Shown: positions 34,781-45,981, counted from the stretch's first letter. The stretch is DNA of 64,000 bases from Chloroflexota bacterium (GCA_965261345.1 OZ253449.1:256001-320000), one strand, 5' to 3'. The notes: a model not told the origin generated them from the letters alone. Made by a program: numbers and translations.

Positions 34781-36166
34781 CTAGCCGTGCGACAGATGCA
34801 TGTCGGCGAACTCCAGGAAACATTCCCAGTCGTATGCGGTCACATCGTGACCCCCGGTCCGCACGTGGTACCCAACGGTGTGCATTACGGGTTCGTCTAC
34901 TGGCGGCCGCTCGGATACACCCAGGCCACGTTTGCCCAAAAGCTCGTAGGCCTGGCCCGCCTCCCGCGTCGCCAGGAACTCACCGTGGGGGTCGGCCCAA
35001 CCGTCGTCTTTTCCGCTGGCCACATACAGCGGTCGGGGCGCGACCAGCGCCAGCAACATATGTTGATCGATCGGCAGGTCGTTTACCCGGCCGTTAAATG
35101 CCTTGCAATTTCCGGCGTACCAGTGCGGGAACCTAACGTTGCTTATCTCCAATGTTTCGCCGGAGACATGGCGGCTTAGAGCCGCGCCGCCGCCGCCCGA
35201 ATTAATTGGGATAACCATCGCGATTCGCGTGTCAGTTACCCCGGCCCAGAGCGCGACTTTGCCCAGACGTGAGTGTCCCAAGGCGGCCACCTGGGCAGCG
35301 TTCACCATAGCGTCGGATTCGAGGTAGTCCAGCGCCCGACTCAGCCCCCACGCCCACGCGGCGATGCTGCCCCAATCGCTATCAGATTGAGGCGGCGCCA
35401 ACTGGTGGACGCCATTTTTAAAGCCATCGTCAAAATCTGGATCGATGTCACCATAGCAAACGGTGGCCAGTCCGTATCCCCGCTCGAGTACCCGCTCCAA
35501 CTGCCATCGGGACATCGATCGGCCACGGGCTACCGAGGTCACCCCCTCCTGGGGCAGCACCCAGCCGGACGCCCGACGGATCGCGGGATCGGTGTGTACG
35601 CCGTGATTGCCACGGAAATTTAGGCCGAGGAACGTTGCTACCGGACCCGGAGCGTTGGCGGGTGTGTAGAGCAGAAGTTCCATGCTTGGACCATCGTCGG
35701 CGGAGGAAAAGTCGATCCGTACCTGCTTTCGGCAGGCCAAGCCCCCTAGGGCGGCCGGGTCCTGTTCAAGTACCGTAAATCGCAGGTCCGCCGGAGCGCC
35801 CGGCGCAGCTCCGTACATGTATTCAATGAACAGCTGCAAAATCTCCGCTCGGCGGGCTTCCCATTGGGCTGGCGTCTCTACCGTCGTCCCGTCGCGCATG
35901 CGAAGAATCTCCGGCAGCTCGTAGGGCGGTACCTTCGCTTCATCGAAATTGAAACCCGCGGGATGACCCGATATGGAGAAATCGGCCAGTTGTTCCGGAT
36001 TTAGCGAAACCAGTTCGGCCCAGAATTCGGCTCCGCCGCCCCGCTTGGCCCAAATTGCCAGCGCCTGCTCGGAAATAAATTTCTCATTGGCAGATTCGTC
36101 ACCCGATACCGCCCCCACGTCCTCGTCTGCTGCCACCAAGCATCTCCCCCTCAAGCGCGACGCCAA
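34781..36166 (-). CDS. CE15-like glucuronoyl/acetylxylan esterase family hydrolase
   Basis: AWAWG, GHSRLGK, DQHMLLALVAPRP and WADPHGE motifs. Start uncertain. Confidence 0.85.
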   Translation of the reverse strand: MASRLRGRCLVAADEDVGAVSGDESANEKFISEQALAIWAKRGGGAEFWAELVSLNPEQLADFSISGHPAGFNFDEAKVPPYELPEILRMRDGTTVETPAQWEARRAEILQLFIEYMYGAAPGAPADLRFTVLEQDPAALGGLACRKQVRIDFSSADDGPSMELLLYTPANAPGPVATFLGLNFRGNHGVHTDPAIRRASGWVLPQEGVTSVARGRSMSRWQLERVLERGYGLATVCYGDIDPDFDDGFKNGVHQLAPPQSDSDWGSIAAWAWGLSRALDYLESDAMVNAAQVAALGHSRLGKVALWAGVTDTRIAMVIPINSGGGGAALSRHVSGETLEISNVRFPHWYAGNCKAFNGRVNDLPIDQHMLLALVAPRPLYVASGKDDGWADPHGEFLATREAGQAYELLGKRGLGVSERPPVDEPVMHTVGYHVRTGGHDVTAYDWECFLEFADMHLSHG

Positions 36167-36816
36167 GAATGCCCGCTGACTGCGGTGACGCCACTGAAGC
36201 CAAGTTCATCATTATTGCCGAGTCGCTTTGGTCGTTCATCTGCGGGATGGCTCCGAGGTCGAGGTTTTTGGTGGGATGCAGCCCGCCGCCCGGGGCTGAT
36301 TGACATCCAACCCGCGGGCTTTATCTTTTTCCCGGGCGGTAAAAAATCCGCCGCCGCCGTTTGATAGGCAATTCATACAGGAGCTTTCCCACCATTTAAT
36401 AGGCCGCGTCGGGCAGTTTTTTCCGCAGTGCCGGTTGGCGAAATCTCCGATCGAGCAGCAGTGCCGGAATTGTGCAATGCGATTTGCCCGAAATCATGTC
36501 GGCAGACCGGTCCGTTCCATCGGTCCAGCTTTCCCGATCGATCCCACAATTTCGGATTTACCTAGAGCCAAGCGCGAGGCTGGGATCTCACGCCGCGGGA
36601 AAAACCGGCAAGGTTTGCCGACGCAAGCAGGCAAGGTGATGGGAACCCGACAACTGCGTCGGGCAAATTCTCAGATTCCAACAATGAACGCGAATCCTTC
36701 GATTGGCGCGGCATCGAAAAACCGAAGCGACGCAGATAGGTAATTTACTCAGTGACCTACAAATTCAAATCACGATCACTCGATAGTGGTTGGGCTTTCG
36801 GTCAAGCGTTTTCCGG

Positions 36817-37221
36817 TCAGCGGTCAGCGTCCGCAGCCGGTTTGATTGCGTCGACTTCTGCGAAAACCTGGCGAGCCACCCGGGATCCGTCCAGGGCCGC
36901 CGGTGCCCCGCAATAAACTGCCACTTGCAGAAACACTTCGCGGAGTTCTTCGCGAGTGACTCCGTTGTTGAGAGCGCCGCGTACATGCAACACCAATTCG
37001 TGCGGGCGGTTGAGCGCCGACAGCATCGCCACGTTCAGCAGGCTTCTGGTCTTGCGGGTCAAACCGGGTCGACTCCAGATGTCGCCCCAGGCATGTTCGG
37101 TTACCAGTTCTTGCAATGGCAGGGCAAATTCGTCGGCCTCTGCTATCGAGCGGGCGACGTAGTCACTGCCCAAGACCTCTCGCCGAATTGCCAAACCCTT
37201 CTCAAACAACTCCGAGGGCAT
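36817..37221 (-). CDS. Carboxymuconolactone decarboxylase family protein
   Basis: GLAIRREVLG, WGDIWSRPGL, HVRGALNNG and YCG.PA motifs. Confidence 0.92.
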   Translation of the reverse strand: MPSELFEKGLAIRREVLGSDYVARSIAEADEFALPLQELVTEHAWGDIWSRPGLTRKTRSLLNVAMLSALNRPHELVLHVRGALNNGVTREELREVFLQVAVYCGAPAALDGSRVARQVFAEVDAIKPAADADR

Positions 37222-37855
37222 TTCAATTCCTTTCCCCGCAGCTGAGTGCGGGCCTATTTAACCGGTATGGCAATTCTTGCTTGATTCGAAATGGGTTCAG
37301 GGAAAAACGTATGGATCGCGGCGTCCCGTGCAAAAGTTCTTGGGGTGCCTCAAACTCCGAACTTGAGCTGTCGGGACCGAGTGTGCCGCCGCTTTTGCGG
37401 CAATTGCGTCCCCGGCAGCTTACAAAAAGAGGTGCATGCCGATGAGTTTAGGTAAGCTGCCCGACCCGTCGTTAGATTGCCTTTTTTAAGGGGTAGCGCC
37501 GGCGCCGTTGCCCGGCTGGCATCAGCGACAGGAACGCCAGCTTTGACTGCCCTCAGGCGGCGGCTAACCCCATTGGCCATCGCGCCACACCGCCGGTCTA
37601 CGGCTCGCTTAAGCAGCGCGTCTGGACCTTGCTGGCAATACGACTTAGGCGATCAGATCAAATTGCATCATCCAATCCGCCAGGGGTCCGCAATCGGTGC
37701 GATGAACGGCGGCCCGGGGGTAAAGTTCCGCCCCCGCGGTGTGATCGACGCTTTTTGATCGGGACCTAGCCGGTTGGCGAAAACCGCAAAAATACAATTG
37801 CTAACGAAGTGAAAAAGCGCCGGTTGACCAACCGTGACGTGGGCTGGAGTATTGC

Positions 37856-39082
37856 GTGAAGATCTGTTGGTTCCATCTGATGCCCTATCGGCACCTTCCA
37901 CCCGATTTCGAGAAGAAATATCGAAGTGTTTGGGTCGATCCGCCAAGCCATCTTTTTGACGCAGAAAAGGCGCACGTCCTATACAACGAATATCTCGACG
38001 AGTTGGAACAGGCCGCAGCCGAGGGCTTTGACGGCATCTGCGTCAACGAGCATCACAACAACGCCTATGGGATCATGCCATCGCCAAACCTGATGGCGGC
38101 GGCGTTGGCTCGGAGGACCTCCGATGCCGCGCTTATCGTGATGGGTAACAGCTTGGCTCTGTACAACCCGCCGCTCCGCGTGGCCGAGGAATTTGCAATG
38201 CTGGATGTGACCAGCGGAGGCAGGCTGGTCGCCGGCTTCCCGACCGGAACGTCGATGGACACGAATTTCGCCTACGGCGCTAATCCGGCCACCCTCCGGG
38301 AAAAGTACTACGAGGCCCATGACCTGATCATTCAGGCGTGGACCAAGCCGGAAGCGTTCGCGTTTAACGGCAAGCACACCCAAGTCCGGTACGTGAACAT
38401 CTGGCCGCGCCCGCTGCAAAAGCCGCACCCACCGGTTTGGATTCCCGGCGGCGGCAGCGTCGAGACCTGGGAGTGGACCAGCCGGATGAATTACGTCTAC
38501 TGCTATCTGAGCTACTCCGGCTACAAACACGGCATCCGAGTGATGAACGGCTTCTGGAAAGAGATGGAAAGCCTGGGCGTGGATGATAACCCGTACCGGG
38601 CCGGATTTCTCCAACTGGTCGCCGTCTCCGAAACCGACGAGCAGGCGGAGAAGGATTACGCCCCGCACATCGATTACTTCTACAAGAAGAACCTGCACGT
38701 CTACCAGGGATTTACCGAAGCGCCGGGTTATCGAACGGTAAGGACATTAAAAAAAGGCGTGGGCAGTCAACTCGGCTCCAGCCACTCGCGTCGACGGCAG
38801 AACATGCGGTGGAAGGATTTTGTCGATCAGGGCTACGTGATCGCCGGCAGTCCTGAGACGGTCGCGAAAAACTTGCGAAAAGCCGCCGAGGGCCTAAGGG
38901 TCGGGCACCTCATGGTGCTGCTGCAGATCGGCAGCATGCCCAAGGACTTGACCATGAAGAACACCGAACTTTTCGCCCGCGAGGTGATGCCCCACGTTAA
39001 GGACATGTGGAGCGATTACGAAGATCATTGGTGGCCCACACCCATCGCGGATCGCGCCGTCCCCGACCCGATAGCGACCTAA
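37856..39082 (+). CDS. LLM-class flavin-dependent oxidoreductase
   Basis: NEHH, PLRVAEEFAMLD..SGGR and WPRPLQKPHPP motifs. Confidence 0.92.
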   Translation: MKICWFHLMPYRHLPPDFEKKYRSVWVDPPSHLFDAEKAHVLYNEYLDELEQAAAEGFDGICVNEHHNNAYGIMPSPNLMAAALARRTSDAALIVMGNSLALYNPPLRVAEEFAMLDVTSGGRLVAGFPTGTSMDTNFAYGANPATLREKYYEAHDLIIQAWTKPEAFAFNGKHTQVRYVNIWPRPLQKPHPPVWIPGGGSVETWEWTSRMNYVYCYLSYSGYKHGIRVMNGFWKEMESLGVDDNPYRAGFLQLVAVSETDEQAEKDYAPHIDYFYKKNLHVYQGFTEAPGYRTVRTLKKGVGSQLGSSHSRRRQNMRWKDFVDQGYVIAGSPETVAKNLRKAAEGLRVGHLMVLLQIGSMPKDLTMKNTELFAREVMPHVKDMWSDYEDHWWPTPIADRAVPDPIAT

Positions 39083-39088
39083 GTGGCC

Positions 39089-39883
39089 ATGGCTGCAAGC
39101 GATCCGGTCACGCACTCGGTAAGGGTTGGACCGGCGACCGTCCAGGTGGCCGAGGCCGGATCGGGCCCGCCGTTGGTGTATCTACACGGCGCATTCGGAT
39201 ACGTGGGATGGCCTGTTTTCTTAGACAAATTGGCGCAGAACCATACCGTGTTTGCGCCCATATGCCCCGGCTTCGGGGAGTCTGAGGGGATCGAGCATAT
39301 CGACGACATCCTGGACCTGACCCTGTTCTACCTGGACCTGCTAGACGAGTTGGGCCTGGACCGGTCGCATCTTGTCGGACACTTTTTCGGCTCCATGATT
39401 GCGGCCGAGCTGGCCAGCATCGCCGGACAGCGCGTCGACCGCCTGGTCCTGGCATCGCCCGCCGGCCTATGGCTTGACCACGAGCCGGGAGTCGATTACT
39501 TTACGACGCCGCCAGGCGAACTCAGATCGGTGTTGTTTGCTTCTCCCGATTCGGAAGTCGCACGGCATTTGCTGCCTGAAAAACTTTCGGACGAACAGAC
39601 CCAGATTCAGACGATCGAACGGGTAAAGTCCCTGGCCACCGTGGCAAAGTTCCTGTGGCCGATTCCCGACAAAGGTTTAAAGAAGCGCCTGCGCCGGATC
39701 CGACGCCCGACATTGATCGCAACCGGCGGGAACGACCAAATCGTGCCCCCGGCCTACGGGGTGGAATTCGCCGATCGAATCAGCGGGGCCCGGCATCAGA
39801 CAATCCAGGGATCGGGCCACTTAATGCAGTTGGAGAGGCCGGCTGAGTTTGCCGAGCTGGTAACAGACTTCCTAAACGACTAG
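39089..39883 (+). CDS. Alpha/beta fold hydrolase (nucleophile Ser replaced)
   Basis: YLHG, PGFGES, GHFFG elbow, D..VP and GH motifs. Confidence 0.85.
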   Translation: MAASDPVTHSVRVGPATVQVAEAGSGPPLVYLHGAFGYVGWPVFLDKLAQNHTVFAPICPGFGESEGIEHIDDILDLTLFYLDLLDELGLDRSHLVGHFFGSMIAAELASIAGQRVDRLVLASPAGLWLDHEPGVDYFTTPPGELRSVLFASPDSEVARHLLPEKLSDEQTQIQTIERVKSLATVAKFLWPIPDKGLKKRLRRIRRPTLIATGGNDQIVPPAYGVEFADRISGARHQTIQGSGHLMQLERPAEFAELVTDFLND

Positions 39884-40201
39884 AAAGTTTTTACAAACCC
39901 CGCTTGGCACTTCCACCCCCGCCAAACTCGTAGCGCCGACGCGTAACCACCCGGCGGCCGGCGGCAATTTGGCCAATAGTCCCCGCCCCGCTCGCCCAGG
40001 TGCATCGTTTACTCCAAACCGGTTGCTGGCAAATGCCGGTGGACTCGGCCATTGGGCGGCCCAACCGCGCCGCGCCGAATCAGATTGACCGCATAAGGCC
40101 TATTGGTCGCGGGTGGACTGTCACTGATTGCAATTGGCAGGGAACGGCCGATGCCCCGGCATATGCGATTTCAACTCCTTGAACAAAGCGGCAATCGTAG
40201 G

Positions 40202-40999
40202 TCATTGAACTTCGACCACTCCAATAACCCGAGAGCCCAAGGGTTGGATGGGCCGATTGTTGGGCCCGCCATTGAGCTTCACAAGGTCTTCGATCTGTTG
40301 GGGAGAAACGGTCTGTATTTCCCGCTGGACAAACCAGTCGACCGGTTCTTGGCACGGCGGAGTCGTTATTGACCCCGCATACCGATAAAAGGCTGATCCG
40401 GCCGGCCGGAAAGCGGCCGAATTGATGCTGACCCCCTCGACAACGGTTGCCCCGGCCTTCGGAGCGACGAGAAGAATTTCCTGGACTGCCACCCTGGGTT
40501 CACCAGAATGGAATAGCACCGCGACAGCGGCCAAGCGCCCATCTTTGTGGGCGTGCACAAGGTGCAATTCAGCTGCAAAGGTCTCGCTGTTGACGCGATG
40601 TTCTGCGGGCGAATGCACATGCGCCGACTTTAATTCGAATTCGCCCTGATCGATCACAAGAGCGTTCCCTGGCAGGAAGTCAACAAAGGTCAGATGCGCG
40701 TCGCTGCGAACCGCCTGCGCGTCACCGCCGTAAGTAAACCGCAGCGATGTCAAATCGTCGGCCACGTATCCGGTCAAGTCGATCGGCGATTGCTGCCGAC
40801 CGGCCGCACAAGCGGCATATTCTTCCGAGAGAGTGGCCCAATGTTCGGGCCCACTTGGGCCGTCGTACGACCATGCCGATGCGTCATTAGCATCGGCAAC
40901 GGCGATGCCGCTATCGCAGGCCGCAACCGCAAATATCGCCAGGAGTGAAAGCAAAAAAGCTGCCGGAAACGGTCGGGTCTTAACTAGCTGGATTTTCAT
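40202..40999 (-). CDS. Alpha-class carbonic anhydrase, exported/lipoprotein
   Basis: WSY.G..GP, QSPID, HVHSPAEH, ELHLVH, GSITTPPC and NNRPIQ motifs; VAAC lipobox-like signal. Confidence 0.92.
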   Translation of the reverse strand: MKIQLVKTRPFPAAFLLSLLAIFAVAACDSGIAVADANDASAWSYDGPSGPEHWATLSEEYAACAAGRQQSPIDLTGYVADDLTSLRFTYGGDAQAVRSDAHLTFVDFLPGNALVIDQGEFELKSAHVHSPAEHRVNSETFAAELHLVHAHKDGRLAAVAVLFHSGEPRVAVQEILLVAPKAGATVVEGVSINSAAFRPAGSAFYRYAGSITTPPCQEPVDWFVQREIQTVSPQQIEDLVKLNGGPNNRPIQPLGSRVIGVVEVQ

Positions 41000-41053
41000 T
41001 GATGGCCAATCCCTCAGGCAACACTTCAGCCCTGGCGCAGAAGGTTACTTTGA

Positions 41054-41130
41054 GGCCATCCAAGGCAAATCCAACGCGGTATCTGGCGTCCCCGACCCCC
41101 CAGGGGCCATCCAAGGCAAATCCAACGCGG
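41054..41130. repeat. Perfect 26-bp direct repeat, two copies
   Basis: GGCCATCCAAGGCAAATCCAACGCGG at 41054-41079 and 41105-41130. Confidence 0.9.
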
Positions 41131-41417
41131 GGGAATTTTTGACTCGTTCCGCTCGGTGCGAAGATTCATCGATTTGTTTGCATCATCGCCGAAAGAATCC
41201 GCCGCCCGCTTGATAAAGCGGCAGAATGATTCTTACAGGGCAAGCGCGCGGCCGATGGCCAGACGGCGGCCATTTTCGGCTTCGCCACGCCCGCCCAGAG
41301 CCGTGCGCCCGGAGCGTCTGGCAGCTTCCGCAAAAAGCAGTTAACGGCGCGGCAAAACCGTCAAACAACACAAAATTAGCGGCGCCAAACAACACCGGAA
41401 TGCGGCCCACTGCGGAT

Positions 41418-43148
41418 ATGAATTCGAACGAACACATCCGTTTCGAACCTCACGAGAACCCTCCACCGGCGCTTACCTTCGGCGCCGGGTTGCAGGCGGC
41501 TTCGGTCATCCTGGCCCCGGTGGTATTGACCGTGGTCATCGTCGCGCGGATCGCCGAGCAACCCGAGAACTACATTTCGTGGGCAGTATTTGCGGCCCTG
41601 GCGATAAGCGGCGCCACCACTGTGCTCCAGGCGGTCCGGGTTGGCCGCGTCGGCGCCGCCCACGTTTTGATTATGGGAACATCCGGAGCCTTTATTGCAG
41701 TGTGCGTGGCGGCGTTGGTACAGGCTGGACCGGCCACGATGGCAAGCCTGATCGTCGTATCGTCGCTATTCCAGTTCGCGTTGGCCGCGCGGCTTGCCCT
41801 GCTGCGGCGGATTTTTACGCCGATCGTTTCCGGAACGGTGATCATGCTTATCGGCGTTACGGTGATGCCAATACTTTTCGATACTCTCCAGGACGTGCCC
41901 GCGGACACGTTGCCGGCCGCGGCCCCGATTGTGGCCCTGGTAACGCTGATCACAGTGGCGGCGCTGGTCATCCGCGGTCCACCGGCTTGGCGACTCTGGT
42001 CGCCATTGATCGGTGTGGTGGTGGGCTGTGCGGTCTCCGCGCCATTGGGACTTTACGACGCCCAGGCGGTGCTTGACGCACCGTGGTTTGGCGTGCCGCT
42101 GGATTCGTGGCCGGGATTCGACCTGACTCCAGGACCCGAATTTTGGGGGCTCCTTCCGGCTTTCGTGATGGTCACGATGGTCGGCGCGGTGGAGACAATC
42201 GGCGACGCGGTGGCTATCCAGACGATCTCGCGAAGGCGGCCGCGGGCGACCGACTTTCGGTTGGTGCAGGGCGCCCTGAACGCCGACGGGGTTGGCAACC
42301 TGCTCTCCGGCATCGCCGGGACGATGCCCAACACGACCTATTCGACCAGTATTTCGCTCGCCGAGGTAACCGGAATCGCTGCCAGACGGGTGGGAGTGGT
42401 AGTAGGGGTCGTATTCTTCACGCTGGCATTCCTGCCCAAGGTCGCCGCGATGCTGATCGCGATCCCGGGTCCGGTGGCCGCTGCTTACATCGCGGTGCTG
42501 GTGGCGCTGCTGTTTGTCCAGGGAATGCGAATCATCGTCCGCGACGGATTGGACCACCGCAAGGCCACGGTAGTTGGGTTGTCCTTTTGGATCGGCGTTG
42601 GCTTCCAGAACCAAGTGATATTCCCGGACCTGCTAGGCGACGGATTCGCGGGTATCCTGCTCGGTAACGGAATGACGGCCGGGGCCCTGACCGCGTTCCT
42701 GCTGATGTCATTCATGGAGATGTTCGGGCCCCGCCGCCAGAAGCTCCAGGTCAACCTGGAAGAATCCGCCCTCGGCAGGGTTGACCAGTTCTTGCGCGAA
42801 TTCGCCAAACGCCGCGGTTGGAACGCGGCATCCACCGATCGGTTGGCCTCAGCTGGCGAAGAGACTCTGGCGGTGCTACTACAGGACGGCGATGAACGCC
42901 GCGTCGGCCCCGAGCGGCGGTTGGTCATTGCCGCCCACGTCGAAAGCAATTCGGCGGAATTGGAATTTACGACTGCGCTGGCCGGTGAGAACATGCAGGA
43001 CCAATTGGCCCTGCTCGGCGACCTGCCGCCGATCCCGGATGAGCGCGAGGCGCCGTACAGGCTGCTGCGCCATTACGCTTCATCGGTGCGACACCATAAA
43101 TATCATGACGCAGATTATGTAACGGTGATCGTCGACCACCAGACTTAG
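41418..43148 (+). CDS. NCS2 (xanthine/uracil permease) family transporter with extra C-terminal soluble domain
   Basis: LFTP-like IFTPIVSG, ETIGD and PNTTYS..VTG motifs; about 140-aa hydrophilic tail. Confidence 0.88.
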   Translation: MNSNEHIRFEPHENPPPALTFGAGLQAASVILAPVVLTVVIVARIAEQPENYISWAVFAALAISGATTVLQAVRVGRVGAAHVLIMGTSGAFIAVCVAALVQAGPATMASLIVVSSLFQFALAARLALLRRIFTPIVSGTVIMLIGVTVMPILFDTLQDVPADTLPAAAPIVALVTLITVAALVIRGPPAWRLWSPLIGVVVGCAVSAPLGLYDAQAVLDAPWFGVPLDSWPGFDLTPGPEFWGLLPAFVMVTMVGAVETIGDAVAIQTISRRRPRATDFRLVQGALNADGVGNLLSGIAGTMPNTTYSTSISLAEVTGIAARRVGVVVGVVFFTLAFLPKVAAMLIAIPGPVAAAYIAVLVALLFVQGMRIIVRDGLDHRKATVVGLSFWIGVGFQNQVIFPDLLGDGFAGILLGNGMTAGALTAFLLMSFMEMFGPRRQKLQVNLEESALGRVDQFLREFAKRRGWNAASTDRLASAGEETLAVLLQDGDERRVGPERRLVIAAHVESNSAELEFTTALAGENMQDQLALLGDLPPIPDEREAPYRLLRHYASSVRHHKYHDADYVTVIVDHQT

Positions 43149-43452
43149 CGCCTTTGGGAATTTAAGAACCCTGGCGGCTGACCGACCATTTACCGCTCGC
43201 CCGTCGGCTTTCCCGCAAACCCGCTGTTCGGCCGGCGACGATCCTTCGGCGGTGGGACGCAATCGATCGCCGCCGGATTTTTGAAATGCTCGCCCGCGGT
43301 TCCAGCCTGCGGCCCAAGCGGGCGATCCTCGTCTTTGGCTCACACCGAACCGGTCAGAACTCAGATCGTCGCAAATAACGCGCATCCCAATTGGTTCGGA
43401 CAGACCCGTCCAACGCAGAATTGCCGACGCTCGGATTCGACCGGAAATCAAA

Positions 43453-44400
43453 ATGCCGCTTGACCACACCCTGTTCCTGCCCGAGTCCATCAGCCCGCAA
43501 ACGGCCGCGTTCAATGCCGAATTGGGCCGACTGATGGCCAAAGCCCCACCCGCCGGTGACGATCCGGTTGAAATGCGGCGACGACACCGCGAGGGTCGGC
43601 CCTGGCAACCGGCGGCACCCAAGCTTGACTGGGCCCAGGAAGATAGTTGCCCCGGAACGGGCGGTCCCATCCCGCTGCGGATCTTTACCCCCGATGTATG
43701 CAACGGCACCCATCTTCACATCCACGGCGGGGGATTCATCTTTGGCGGATATGACCTGCAGAACGACATCCTCTGGCGAATGACCCAAGCCGGCAGCGTC
43801 GCGGTTGTAAGTGTCGAATACCGCCTGGCACCGGAACATCCGTACCCGGCCGGGCCCGACGACTGTGAGGTAGCAGCGCATTGGTTGATTTCCAATTCAA
43901 GATCTCGTTTTGGGACCGATCGCTTGCTGAACGGTGGTGAATCAGCCGGCGGCAATCTGTCGGCGGTAACGGTGCTGCGCATGCGCGATCGTTATGGGTA
44001 CACCGATTGGGCGGGCGTGGACCTCGTCTACGGAGCGTTCGATTTCACCGGTGCCTGCCCCTCGCGCGAACTGATCGGGCGCAACGGCCTGGTCTTAAGC
44101 AAACCGGGAATGGAACGGGTGCAGGCCCAATATCTCGGCGATGCGGACCGGGACGATCCCTACGTGTCACCCATGCGCGCCTCCCTGGACGGCCTTCCGC
44201 CGGCCCGGTTTAGTTGCGGAACCAGTGATCGGCTTATCGACGACACACTATTTATGTATTCGCGCTGGATGGCGGCCGGCAATCCCGCCGAAATCGCAAT
44301 CTATCCCGGCGGAACCCACGCCTTCGACGAATTCCGCACCCCACTCACCGACGCATCCTATGAGCGCCGCTACAAGTTCATTCCCCAAGTGTTGGGTTGA
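43453..44400 (+). CDS. Alpha/beta hydrolase (HSL-like esterase)
   Basis: HGGG, YRLAPEHPYPA, GESAGG, D and HAF motifs. Confidence 0.92.
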   Translation: MPLDHTLFLPESISPQTAAFNAELGRLMAKAPPAGDDPVEMRRRHREGRPWQPAAPKLDWAQEDSCPGTGGPIPLRIFTPDVCNGTHLHIHGGGFIFGGYDLQNDILWRMTQAGSVAVVSVEYRLAPEHPYPAGPDDCEVAAHWLISNSRSRFGTDRLLNGGESAGGNLSAVTVLRMRDRYGYTDWAGVDLVYGAFDFTGACPSRELIGRNGLVLSKPGMERVQAQYLGDADRDDPYVSPMRASLDGLPPARFSCGTSDRLIDDTLFMYSRWMAAGNPAEIAIYPGGTHAFDEFRTPLTDASYERRYKFIPQVLG

Positions 44401-44593
44401 TACGCCTTCGTTGCAATGTTTGGTGGTCGGGCAACATGGCCTGTCAATCGAGAGGTTGACCGGTTGCTGGGCTCATGGCTTGCGCTGCGTTGACCGGTGA
44501 GGGCGCTTAGGGTGGTTGGCGCAATTGGATAGGCTTTCCGTATCCGCCAGCACCGGTTGATTGCCCCTGTAGCTGCCCTGGCGGCTGATCGGG

Positions 44594-45981
44594 GGTTGTG
44601 TCCCAATAGTTATGCAAAAAGCAGGCCCGTAAAAAGAAGCGGGCCACGGCGTCTCCTTAAATTCTTGAGTTAGCACAACTCGGAGCCTTAAGGGAGGCAA
44701 CCAGTGACCCGATTGAAGAATAACCACAACGCTATTGACTGGCGCCAAGAGCTCAAAAGTGATCCCGAGCTCTTCCGCGGCATCATCCACCAGACCGTCC
44801 AGGAGATCGGAGGAAGCCGAGATGGACGAGGCGTTGGGAGCCGGTAAGAGTGAGCGTACCGCTGGCCGTCGCGGCTACCGGAGCGGCTACTACGGCCGCG
44901 GACTTATCACCCGGGTGGGCAAGATCAGACTCAGGGTGCTGACAGGACCGCCAGGGACGCTTTAGCACCGAGATCTTTAAAGCGCTACCAGCGCAGTGAA
45001 AAAGCCTTGGTGAGCGCCCTGGCTAAAGATGTACGTCCAGGGGGTATCGACCAGGAAAGTCAAGGCCATTACCGAAGAGCTGTGTGGTCACGCATTCTGA
45101 AGCCTCCAACATCTCCCGGATTAATAAGCAGCTAGATGCCGCTCTGGAAATTGCCCGAGCGCCCACTGGAGGCCAACTATCCCTACCTGATCCTTGATGC
45201 CCGCTACGAAAAGGTACGCGAGGAGGGAGTCATCCGGTCCCAGGCGGTCCAGATCGCCATCGGCATCAACTGGGAGGGCAGACGCTCGGTACTGGCAGTC
45301 GAGCTGGTAAACCGTGAGAGTAAGAGCAGCTGGCGCGACTTTCTGTCCCGGATGCGCGATCGCGGCCTCAGCGCCGTGCAGTTTGTCGTTACCGATAACC
45401 ACGCCGGACTAAAGCAGGCGATCGCCGAGTACTTACCCGAAGCCATCTGGCAACGCTGCTATGTCCACTTCCTGCGCAATGCTCAGCGACTACCTGCCGC
45501 GAAGGGCCGATGACGACTGTCTCCAAGAACTTCGCTGGCTCTACGATCGGCGCGATCTCTCCGAGGCCCGTCGGGACCTCTTAGCCTGGCTGGGCAAATG
45601 GCAGGGCCGCTATCCCAGGCTCTGCGACTGGGTAGAGAGCGGCATTGAGGAGACTTTCAGCTTTTACCGTCTGCCGCGGCAGCACTACAAGCACCTTAAA
45701 TCCACCAACATGCTGGAGCGGTTAAACGAGGAGATAAAGCGCCGGACGCACGTGGTGCGGATCTTTCTTGGGTCGTGCGAGTTGCCTGCGCTTGGTCAGG
45801 GCGCTTGCGGTCGAACAGCACGAGAACTGGATTGAGGCCAGCCGCTACCTGAACATGGCATTCCTGAAAGAGCAACGCAGAGAACTGGAGTTGATCGTTA
45901 CCGCCTAAATTTCAGCGAACAATCAAGCTAAATTCGATAAGGTGACGCCAAAGCTAATTGCAGAACTTTCGGCACATAACT
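44594..45981 (+). mobile_element. IS256-family element with heavily frameshifted transposase
   Basis: 24-bp IRs (18/24); 8-bp TSD TGATCGGG at 44586-44593 and 45982-45989; transposase fragments 44704-45908 (YLILDARYEKVR, TDNHAGL, KSTNMLER). Confidence 0.9.

Noticed and set aside
41054-41130. Mini CRISPR array
   Set aside because: Only two repeats, a 25-bp spacer, no palindrome and no cas genes in the window.
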